A stretch of 64,000 nucleotides of DNA from Octopus sinensis (Eukaryota): contig NC_043000.1 in the NCBI RefSeq assembly GCF_006345805.1, forward strand, positions 96,906,001-96,970,000. The letters run 5' to 3'. Positions 53,305 through 64,000 of the stretch are shown here, one piece after another. Below the pieces are notes generated by a model. That model had not been told where the DNA came from, made no database searches, and saw nothing but the letters and a program-made list of their open reading frames with translations. Made by a program: the position numbers and the translations under genes. The first letter of the stretch is position 1; each line of letters starts with the position of its first letter.

Positions 53305-53969
53305 GTACTTATATGCCTATATAACATGTTAATCTTTTTAATTCTCATTAGCAAATGAAACAGGTGTAATGGAGAATAACTAATACCACAAATTTCCATT
53401 TTCTTGTTTTGTAATATATATGAAAACAAACATTAATATATATATATATTAACGTTTGTTCTCATGTTCAGTTACATTAGAAACAATTATACATTAATCT
53501 GGTGGACCACTCTATACTTTTGTAACGTACAAATTATAATTTTTATACAAGAATGTTAGTGATAGTGACTTCGAAGTTTTCGCCAACTAAGCCATCGTTG
53601 GTCTTCCGACGATGACTTAGATGGCCGAAACTCCGGAGTCCCCGTCAACAACTATCTTATATATAAGGAAAATAATCAAAGGTAGAAAATGCTAAAATAC
53701 TTTTATCATAAATTACATTTTGTAAAGGTTAGTACCGGTTTCAGTCTTTTCGAATTTTTCGACTAAGAGTAAAATAAGAAAAACAATTGAATTGAAGAAA
53801 AAATAAATGAAATGTTTTGTAAATGTTTCAATCGCTTTCAAATAGGTAGGACATTTTCCTTTTTTCTGTCTCTATTTCTTTTCCTTTGTGAAGATTCGGT
53901 AGGTATTAGCAGATCTGAAGAAATAATGTTTATCATGGGTGCAGAGAAATGTTGGTGCTGAAGTTTGAT

Positions 53970-54315
53970 GGTTTAAGCAGTAGTAGTCGAGGAAGAAGAA
54001 AAAGTTGGAAAAGAAGAAAGAGGAGGAGAAGAAGAAGAAGAAGAAGAAGAAGAAGAAGAAGAAGAAGAAGAAGAAGAAGAAGGAGGAGGAGGGACAGGAG
54101 CAGGAGGAGGAGGAAATAAAGAGTAAGAAGAAGAAAGTAAAGGAAAAGACGGGAGTGATGTGACACACTAGTAGACTGTTCTTCATGGAATCTTTTTTAA
54201 TGGTCAAGTGACCTATATATATATGTGGTGTGTGTGTATATGTGTGTGTGCGTGCGTGTATGTGTATATATATATATATATATAATATATATATATATAT
54301 ACATACGTATATATG

Positions 54316-54369
<54 letters not shown>

Positions 54370-54406
54370 TATATATATATATGTATATACATATATATAT
54401 ATATAT

Positions 54407-54448
<42 letters not shown>

Positions 54449-54610
54449 AATGTATGTATATATATATATATACGTATGCATGTATATATATACATACATA
54501 TATAGTATATATATAATATATATATATATTATATGCATTGGTATGTACCTACATGCATTGGTATGTACCTACATACACACATGCATTGGTATGTACCTAC
54601 ATACACACAT
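53970..54610. repeat. (GAA)n and (TA)n tracts plus a 20-bp unit ATGCATTGGTATGTACCTAC x3 (54533-54600)
   Basis: Directly visible. Confidence 0.9.
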
Positions 54611-55207
54611 ATATACATACATACTTACGTAGGTATGTATCTTTGTATATTGATGGTAATGTTATTAGTGACGTTGTTGCTGTTATTGTTATTATTGTTG
54701 TTTGCATTGTTGCTATTTTTGTTGTCGTTGCGCTTGTAGGCCGCTGTTGTTGTTGTTGTTGTTGTTGTAACAGTGGTTGTTTTTTTTTTTATTTTAATCA
54801 TTGCTGCTAATGTTAATCTTTCCATTGCTATCAGTGCAGGTGATTTTTTGTTGTTGTTGTAAAAGTTCTTGTAGTTGTTATAGTATTATAATTTCTGCAA
54901 TCCTTTTCCTCGTCATTGTTATTGATGATGTCCTTGTGCTGTGTTGTTGATGTTGTGGTGCCGAGTCACTTAATATTTATTATATATATTCATGTGAATG
55001 TTTTCACAAATAAGTGAACATTCTTAATGGCTTCCCTCCTCAGTTAATTATATTATATATGTATGTTCCTCCAGCTGCTTTTTTAACACCCTCCCTAGCT
55101 AACTCTGAACTATTAGATCTATGTTCAGATCGCATTCAAACCTTGGTCATCAGGTTATCGTTATTATTTCTCTCCTTCCTCCTCCCGTCTCCCCCGCCAT
55201 CATTTTA

Positions 55208-55432
55208 TGTAAAGCCACACACATATTCGTTTCTACGCTAGGTACAAGACCCGAAATGTTGGGGCAGGGCACTAGTCGATTAGATCGATCCCAGTACGTA
55301 ATTGGTACTTAATTTATCGACCCCGAAAAGATGAAAGGCAAAGTCGACCGCGGCGGAATTTGAACTCAGAACATAAAGACAGATGAAATACGGTTAAGCA
55401 TTTCGCCCGGTGTACTAATGATTCTACCAGCT
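55208..55432 (-). mobile_element. SINE family S2 monomer
   Basis: Head, B box and core in reverse complement. Confidence 0.85.
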
Positions 55433-55976
55433 CACACATATTATAACATAGATGTGTACCAAGATCGATGCTCTTGTGGTGAGTGAAAGAAATCATAGTC
55501 ATCCTTATTATTCTATTTCACCCGACGCAAACAGCAACAGCGGCAGTAACAACAATAACAACGTCTACAACAACAAAAACAATAGCAAAAATAGGTTTGC
55601 TGAAGTAGCGAACACCAAGAGAGAAATGTTTGCCATCGCATACGATAACAAAACAAGTGAACTCTCAATAGCGAAAGACAACATTAAATCTGAGGTGGGT
55701 AAAGCAGTAGTGCTTGTACCTCCCAAAATAATAGAGGCAAAAGAGAAGACAGTCTATTGTAGATGCGTATAACGCAGTAGTAGGAAAGCAGAAATAAATT
55801 CCACCAGTCACGTTGAGAAGACACTCAGAGAAATTTTAATAGATGTGGCCCATATATACAGAGGGAGGTAGTTTGTCAGCATTGAGGTCCTCTTTAAAAG
55901 AAAGGACCTCGCGCGAAGACAAGCAGTGGACTGGGAGTGGGTCCTGTATCCCGCCTATCCCGCCTATCCCGCCTAC

Positions 55977-56009
<33 letters not shown>

Positions 56010-56039
56010 CATTATTATTATCATTATTATTATTATTAA

Positions 56040-56272
56040 GGCGGCAATCTGGTAGAATCGTTAGCACGCCGGGCAAAATGTTTGGCAACACTTCGTCCGT
56101 TTTACGTTCTGAGTTCAAATTCTGCCGAGGTCGACTTTCCCTTTCATCCTTTCGAGGTCGATAAAATAAGCACCATTGAAACACTGGGGTCTATATAATC
56201 GACTAGCTCCTTTCTAAAAATGTCTGACCTTCTGCCTTTAGTAGAAAGGGTTATTATTATTATTATTGTTGG

Positions 56273-56306
<34 letters not shown>

Positions 56307-56348
56307 GTTGTTGTTGTTGTTGTTATTATTATTATTATATTATTATTA

Positions 56349-56381
<33 letters not shown>

Positions 56382-56560
56382 GGCGGTGACCTGGCCGAAT
56401 CGTTAGCACGCCAGACAAAGTGCTTACGACATTCCGCCTGTCATTATGCGCTCAGTTCAAATACCGCCAAGGTCGATTTTGCCTCTCATCTTTTTTTGAG
56501 TCAATGAATTAAGTTCCCCACAGAACTGTGGACCTTATGCCAAAACTTAGAAAGAATTAT
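56040..56560 (+). mobile_element. Two S2 SINE monomers (56040-56250 and 56382-56560), each directly after (ATT)n
   Basis: TTATTATTAAGGCGG heads, B boxes and cores. Confidence 0.85.
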
Positions 56561-57426
56561 TATTCTAGAATAGAAACTCCGAAATATTGTATTCAATACG
56601 CTCTGCTCTTTACATCTTGGACGTGATTTCAGAGAGATTTGGTTGTTGTTTCTAGCCGATCTTGCACCCTCCTCGAAGCTCTTTCGTTATCACATGCTGT
56701 ACTACATTCAGCAGATTCTGCATTTTATTGTCTTGTTTGTTTATTCGTTTATTTTCGTTTATTGTTCTATTTTACAGCTTACAACTTCTGTGTTTTGCTT
56801 CACATTATGAGGAAACTATAAAAAGTTCGCGCTGTTTTCTTTCATTCCTTTTGTTTTGTTATTTTGTGTTGTTATTTTGTTTTGCTTCCTCGACTCCGTT
56901 GTATGTCCCACCACCACCATCACCTTACCTTAACACACACCCGTCGCTGCCGTCAGTTGGTAATGTCTATAGTGTACAGACGAGAACGAAAAGACTGGGA
57001 CAAGAAGAAGAAGAAGAAGAAGAAGAAGAAGAAGAAGAAGAAGAAGAAGAAGAAGATGTTGATGAGGATGACGACGAGAGTGATGGTGGTGGTGATGATG
57101 ATGATGATGATGATGATGATGACGATGAGCAAATGGTGTCATGGTTGAGTTATGATCGTTTCTTGTGGTATCTGCCTCTTTGTTTTCTCTTTGAAGAACT
57201 TTCAACCATAGAACACCCGATCAACACCCCATAAATACCCCACGACTTATACACTATACTTTTCAGCTTCCATCTTCCTTTATTTGCTAATTCCTCAGAA
57301 AATAGCTTTAACAGTGTGTCTGCATACGAACACATACATACACATACACAAGTATGAATATATGTAAATATATATAGACAGACACACATACACACTCATA
57401 CATACATACATACATACATACATACA

Positions 57427-57491
<65 letters not shown>

Positions 57492-57532
57492 TATTATACA
57501 TCTACATATTATACATATGCATATGTGTGTGT

Positions 57533-57577
<45 letters not shown>

Positions 57578-57825
57578 CCACAGAACTTTTGAAAAGTGCT
57601 TTGGCACGAAACCATGCGTTCTTGAATAATTCGTGTAGATTCTCAGTCTATGAAAATATACGAAACACAGATATACAAAATATATTAAAAAGTTCCGGAT
57701 CACGTACGGAGTTCTCTTCCTCCCGTTTGTAAAGTCTAATGTACATACATACATGCATACATACATACATACATACATACATACATACATACATACATAC
57801 ATACATACATACATACATACATACA

Positions 57826-57859
<34 letters not shown>

Positions 57860-58760
57860 GAGTCATGATGCTGTAGCTAGGATTCTGTATAATGAGATCT
57901 GTCGGAAGGATAACCACGAAGCCAAAGAAATAAGAACCTACAATATGGTAGAAGCCCAAGCCACTCATAATAAAAAGTAGTACTGGTGGAATGTACCAGT
58001 GAAAACCTCGATAAAATGTAAACATAATTGACCAGACATAGTAATTTAGGACAGAGAAGGGAAACTGTGGACAGTTGTGGAAATTAGATGTCCAGCGGAT
58101 GTTAACATATGGCTGAAGATGAGGTAAAAAGAAAATACCTACGCTGAACTATTGAGGAATCTACAGCTACTCTATCCAGATTACAAATTCAGGTTCATAT
58201 CTGTAATTATTGGGGCACTGGGATCGATATGCAACACACTGCCCAAATACCAATCTTGAGAATTTAGGCTTCTCAAAACCAAAACGGAGAAAGCTGATTC
58301 GAAGACTACAGATCAAAGCTATCACTGGAACTGCAAAACTTTCCAGCAGTTTATCATTTAATTATATATGAGTCAGCCTAGACATGCAATTTTATGCATG
58401 AAAATACATGCATAAAATAATCAGACGAATTTGCACATATACATACAAAAATACCCCGTTGATGTTCTTTTCTACTCAAGGCATAAGGCCCGAAATGTAG
58501 GTCGGCCCCAGTACGCAACTGGTACTTAATTTATCAATCCCGAAAGGATGACAGGCAAAGTCGACCTCGGCGGAACTTGAACTCAGAATGTAAAGACGGA
58601 CGAAATACCGCTAAGCATTTCGCCCAGCGTGCTCACGTTTCTGCCAGCTCGCTGCGTTACCCCCGTTGATGTTGAAATTCCAATGAAGAAACCTTGGATG
58701 TAGGTCAGAAACCGGTTCTATCTCTAATGGCAAGAAATCTTGAAATAAAACTAAATAACG
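57860..58760 (+). mobile_element. R4/Dong-like RLE LINE 3' end (end of zinc knuckle, restriction-like endonuclease, 3' UTR) inside a (CATA)n array
   Basis: SHDAVARILYNEICRK...YWWNVPVKTSIKCKHN*PDIVI*DREGKLWTVVEIRCPADVN...KENTYAELLRNLQLLYPDYKFRFISVIIGALG; (CATA)n at 57745-57855 and about 58765-58903. Confidence 0.85.
58467..58660 (-). mobile_element. S2 SINE nested in the LINE 3' UTR, 13-bp TSD
   Basis: CCCCGTTGATGTT at 58454-58466 and 58661-58673. Confidence 0.9.
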
Positions 58761-58811
58761 ACATTCATCCATGCATACTCGCATACATACACATACACGT
58801 ACATACATACA

Positions 58812-58844
<33 letters not shown>

Positions 58845-59384
58845 GCATGCATGCATACATACATACATACATACATACATACATACATACATACATACAT
58901 ACATTACTGATACAATTTTTTACGCTTCACAGTTCAGCTGTGTGCTGCTGAACGTATTTTACTTCGTCTACTGTCACTGTGAACTCAAGTCCAGAGTAGA
59001 CATGAACATGCGTGCGCGCGCACACACGTGCACACACACACACACACGATATGTACATGTGTACACACACTCTAACGATGTATATATATATATCTATATA
59101 TTTGTATGTATGTATATTTATATATGTATATATATATACATACATACATACATACATACATACATACATACATACATACATACATACATACATGCATACA
59201 TACATACATACAGGCGTGATTTCTTTACTGTTACCATTATGATCAGATTGACAGGTCAAAGGCTTGCAAAAGATGGAGTTAACTCGTTTTTACTTTATTT
59301 AAAAAATTTGATTGAAAAATTGATTAAAACTACTCTTATTGATTAAACTATGCATTAGCGTATTTAGAATGAAGAGAGCCATAT

Positions 59385-59504
59385 TTATATCTTCCACTTC
59401 TTTCTTTTCTCTTTTGCCTTTCTTTTCTTTTTCTACTTTTTCTTTTCATTTTCTCCTTCCCTTCTCTTGTTACTTTTCTTCAGTCTCTTCATTTTCTTTT
59501 TTCT

Positions 59505-59540
<36 letters not shown>

Positions 59541-59800
59541 GTCGTCATCTTCTTCTTTTTCTTCTTCTTCTTCTTCTTCTTCTTCTTTTCTTCTTCTTCT
59601 TCTTCCTCCTCCTCCTCCTTGCTCTTCTCCTTCCGTTTCTTTTTCGTCTTCCCCCTTCGCATTCTTTCTCGTCTTTTTCTTCTCCTCCTCTTCTGTCCAC
59701 TTCTCCTTCATCTTCTACTTTCTCGTTTCTTCTCTCTCCTCTACTTCTTTTTTCTTTTCCTTCTCATTCACCTTCCGTTTCTTTTCTTTTTTCCTCCAGT
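59385..59800. repeat. Pyrimidine-rich low-complexity tract with (CAT)n, (TCT)n and (CCT)n
   Basis: Directly visible; source of the F/S/L/H/E-rich ORFs. Confidence 0.9.
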
Positions 59801-60480
59801 TCTTAGATTGTAACAGTCTACTGCTGGACATATCCCTCTTCAAAATCCCTCCACATCCCACTATCCATTGACGTTTTGATCTGAACTAGTTTTGCACCTC
59901 CTCTTATCGCATTACATTATAAAGAGCTACTAATAAAATCAAAGGAGGAAATTTGAGCATTCGTCAGTATATTTGATATTAGTAACGTTTCACTTTGTTT
60001 AAAACTATTACACCGCATTCATTTCAATTTACTTATTTTTATTTTTATTTCGTACATTTTATTTTCTCATTCTCTCAAGAATGTTCTAGAAGACATCTCA
60101 CACAACGAAGATTGATTTATGTTTGCCTGACTAAGTTGAAGCCGTGAAAATAGTATCACTGCATAAATCGTAGAAGTAGGACGGAATGAATTCTTTTGAC
60201 ACTTAATAGTTTATAATACTATCATACTATATACTAAAACAGAACTAAATTTAATGCTACGTGTGTATGCTCTTGCGCGTGTGTATATATGTACAAATGT
60301 GTTTGAGTGTGTGTGTATGTGTTTGTTTGTGTGTGTGTGTGTGTGAATATGTATGTGCTTTAAACGGCCATCACGAATTTTCCATGATTCAAATTGTTTC
60401 AGCTTCAACGCACGATTTCAGATAAAGTGAATTACCAAATATGTACAATTTTGGTGTATATATATATATGGAGAGGAGAG

Positions 60481-60529
<49 letters not shown>

Positions 60530-60995
60530 TACAGATAGATGTATCCATACACACACACTTATATATATAAGTGCATATATACACATACATGCATATATAT
60601 ATATATAGAAATACATATATGTAAGTGTGTGCATATGTATGGTTGTGTGTGTGTGTGTGCATATATGCACGCGCTATGGATGCTGCACGGAAATTTCACT
60701 TCGAAACCAGCAAAACCAGGTTCGACCCCGTTGCGTGAGATTTTGGGAAAATGGGCAAGACAGAACCCAGTCGGAAGGACAGTACCTGCAATTCAAATTC
60801 AGCTTTGTTACACACTGTGTCATGCTGACTGTGACTGAAAATTTCGTTAAGGGTGCATTCATCAATAGAATGTTCAGTGACTTGCACGTTATTTCAATAA
60901 ACATTTAATACAATTTAACGGATAATGAATCATCAACGTCAAGCTGTACATACACACACACGTATATACATATACATGCATACATACATGTATAA

Positions 60996-61030
<35 letters not shown>

Positions 61031-61625
61031 CTTTAAGCACTTAGAGTATGTAGGATTTTACAAAATATATATTTGCACGGATAAATGTGAAATAGAAAGA
61101 TCCTACGGGATACTAACTATCAATCACCATCAATGGAAACTATTCACCCACATCATGGGGCTTTATGTCGACTTATGGCTTCTATGCGGGCCCAGCTGGA
61201 AACAGTACATCGACTTCAGATCACAGATCCTCTTAAGAAGACAAGAACGACATTAGATAATATGGTTTTAGATGTAAATACTTACAGGATGATTACAGCT
61301 GGAGTACCTTTGATCGCAAGTATTTACGACCAAAGTTAACTTGGAATTAAATTTTATCAGCAACTCTGGAAGCCTTGGTTCAATGGAAATGTATCATCGT
61401 GGTCAGTCGTCCTTCAAGAAATAGCAAGTAAATCTTTCTCAGATCACACACTTTGTTATCTTTAGAACAGAGAAGGAGACACTTGATAACGTAGTCCGAG
61501 ATATTCTATGTCGGAAAAAGATAAGGACAAAATGGACCCCAGCTTGATCATAGAGTTGGTTGATAAGGGTAGGGTAGGCTCTGGACTAAACAATATCAAC
61601 AACTACAGCAACAACAACATTTATG

Positions 61626-61678
<53 letters not shown>

Positions 61679-62295
61679 ACATTGTTATTCCCTTTAAGTC
61701 CCTTGCCCTTTCTAGAATCGTCACCACCAGGGTTTATTGAAATTCTGTTGTCATTACATGTATTGGTATTGTCTAACTCTAGCTCAGGATTAATCGAATA
61801 GATCTGTAACTGAAAACATTCTAACAGCGAGCATCTCATCTTTTCTCCATACATAGTATATCTCAGACAACATTATCGAATGTGCTTTTCTCATTCACAA
61901 GAAAATAGGGGCATAATTTGAGGGAGATTTGACTGTTAATTTTGAAATGTCTTGCAACCCAGTAGATGCTCCCTCAGTTGTCATTGTTGTTGCTAGTGCT
62001 TCTTCTTCTTCCTTCTTCTTCCAATCAGGACTCACGCCATTAGCCACAAAGAATAATCTTTAGCCTACTAAGAATGCATGTGGCAACTTGAACATCCACC
62101 CACCACACCCGATAGACTGACGGTTGCACGGGCACAAAAGCTCCCTTGTTATCCTCATTCCGTAAACGGTGGCTTTTAACGGGTGGAGTGGTGAACCATC
62201 CTGGGGTACAGAGCATTTGCAATCTAGATTAGGGTCTGAAAGTTTACCACACCATAGTGGGTTACACCATGGTTCCTCTGTTTTGTAGCAGAAGT

Positions 62296-62482
62296 TGGAA
62301 GAAAGAGTGAGAGAAAGTTGTGGTGAAAGAGTATAGCGGGGTTCATCACCTCACCCCGCCGGAGCCTCGTGCAGCTTAGGTGTTTTTGCTCAATAAATAG
62401 TCACAATGCCCTGTCTGGGAATCAAAACCGCGTTGTTATAACCGCGGGTTCGCTGCCCTAACCACTGGGCCATTGCACCTCC
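62296..62482 (-). mobile_element. SINE family S3, 5' part
   Basis: Reverse complement GGAGGTGCAATGGCCCAGTGGTTAGGGCAGCGAACCCGCGG...GATTCCCAGAC. Confidence 0.85.
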
Positions 62483-63262
62483 ACTCTCGCTGTTGTTGTG
62501 AGTGTTAGTGTTGCTTGTTGTTTAGTCCAAGTCAGTTCTGATAAAACAGACCTGTGACAAAAACGTTCCATTCAGGAGCTTCTGTTCTTCACTAAAAGAT
62601 TATGTTACCTAACGTCATTTATTTCTCACCACAGTAGTATTTAATTTGAGAGATTTAGCTATTATTTCCGGTAGGATCAACGACCACGTAGATGTTTCAT
62701 CACTGGCTTGAAAGACATTTTTTTGTAGTTTTACTGATGTATTTGCCAAGATTTTTTGATAGTTCTCGTTGTTGTAGTTGTTGTTAATGATGATATTGTT
62801 GATATTTTTGTCGTTATTATTATTACTGTTGTTGCTGTTGCTGTGTCTGTTAATGTTATTGTTGCTGTGTTTGGCAAGCTATGATGTGTGTCTGCAGAGC
62901 GGGGTAGGGGCAAGTACTGCTTCCCGTATTCCCTGTACCCTGGGAAAGAGATCCCATCACCATAATTATCTCATAATGTTATTTCCTCCACCTTGCTCTT
63001 GCTGTGATTCACATATCTCTCTTTCTCTCTCACACACACATGTACCCCCTCTCTCTTTCTTCCTCCCCTTTTTTCTCTCCCCATTCCAATCTATCTCACA
63101 CTCCAGGCTTCTCATTTTCTCTCCACTTTACACCACATACACACATCTTTTGTCTACCCCCAACCAATGCTCTTTAAATTGTTTTACAACGAACAACAAA
63201 CCAACGACTAAGAAATACATTATCCTCAAAATTGTTCCCCAACTGCTGACGCGAGCATTTGC

Positions 63263-63293
<31 letters not shown>

Positions 63294-63839
63294 CATCATC
63301 ATCATCAAGCTTATTTCTATTATTTCACTTTTTTCTTATCATTATTTTGTACTTACATTGAAAAATCGAGCAAGGCTTTACGTCTTGTTTGGTTTGTTTT
63401 GAAATTTTCTTTTTATTTTAATCAAAGTACTTTCTGCAATACACGTGCAGTGCTTGTAATGCTATTATTTATACCCTATGTGTATGAATCCATGTTTTTT
63501 TCTTTGGTAATTTATTTGTCTGAATCAGTTTTCCAATATACCTATTATTAAGAAAAAGTTTTTTCTTGTTCAATCCCACTGCACGGGACCTTGGGTATCT
63601 TCTGCGATAGACAACCTGGGGTGGCCTATGTTTTGCGAATGAATTTGACACACATGTACTGATGAGAAACATGAAAGGTTATCTCGAGTATTCTGCACTG
63701 TGCAAAGTGATCAGACACCTAGAAAACGGCTGAAAACACAAAGAGAAAACACAACAACGCGTGGACGTGGAATAAGTATAGTGTTATTGGACGCTCAGGA
63801 AAGGAAAGAAAGAAGGAGGACTTAATGTTTCGAGCGGAG

Positions 63840-63939
63840 NNNNNNNNNNNNNNNNNNNNNNNNNNNNNNNNNNNNNNNNNNNNNNNNNNNNNNNNNNNNN
63901 NNNNNNNNNNNNNNNNNNNNNNNNNNNNNNNNNNNNNNN
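63840..63939. other. Assembly gap (100 N)
   Basis: Run of N. Confidence 1.
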
Positions 63940-64000
63940 TATGGAGAATGTGCAGTCTTTCGCGGAGGCAGAGCTGGTAATTGTGGGCTCCAAGTGTGTA

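Noticed and set aside
58678-58725. Hammerhead-like CCAATGA...GAAACCGGTT in the LINE 3' UTR
   Set aside because: Two core mismatches, a weak stem II and no stem I; not supportable from one copy.
60786-60834. Further minus-strand exon candidates (60834-60786, about 61465-61289, about 42632-42538, about 28615-28539)
   Set aside because: They are short or contain stops, and phases do not link to the two retained candidates.
1074-63551. Most supplied ORFs (poly-YI, CV, TH, MYVC, HTYI, poly-L/S/N/E/H), including the 257-aa ORF at 62778-63551
   Set aside because: They are translations of stop-free microsatellites and low-complexity DNA, with no domain-like content.

Overview
AT-rich eukaryotic DNA saturated with microsatellites ((TA)n, (CA)n, (CATA)n, (AAT)n, (GAA)n) and transposon debris. 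The repeat make-up looks like a coleoid cephalopod, probably Octopus (inferred, not verified). There is no intact protein-coding gene, rRNA, true tRNA or CRISPR array, and nearly all supplied ORFs are microsatellite read-throughs. Recognisable content: three tRNA-derived SINE families; fragments of CR1-like, L1/Tx1-like and R4/Dong-like (RLE) LINEs; Penelope-like elements; a heavily decayed Ty3/Gypsy relic; Tc1/mariner relics; a hAT MITE; a non-autonomous Helitron; a Helentron-type (HINE-like) element; a 1.5-kb tandem duplication; two weak exon candidates on the minus strand; and a 100-N gap. The most interesting signals are: (1) a short element with a Pol III B-box head and a type I hammerhead ribozyme, present as a head-to-head inverted pair, with further hammerhead-like folds in other repeats; (2) three independent copies of an RLE LINE whose 5' junctions all abut (CATA)n; (3) SINE trimers at two loci with the same junction, suggesting the SINE inserts into its own family. 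All of this was read by eye; no database search or folding calculation was run.
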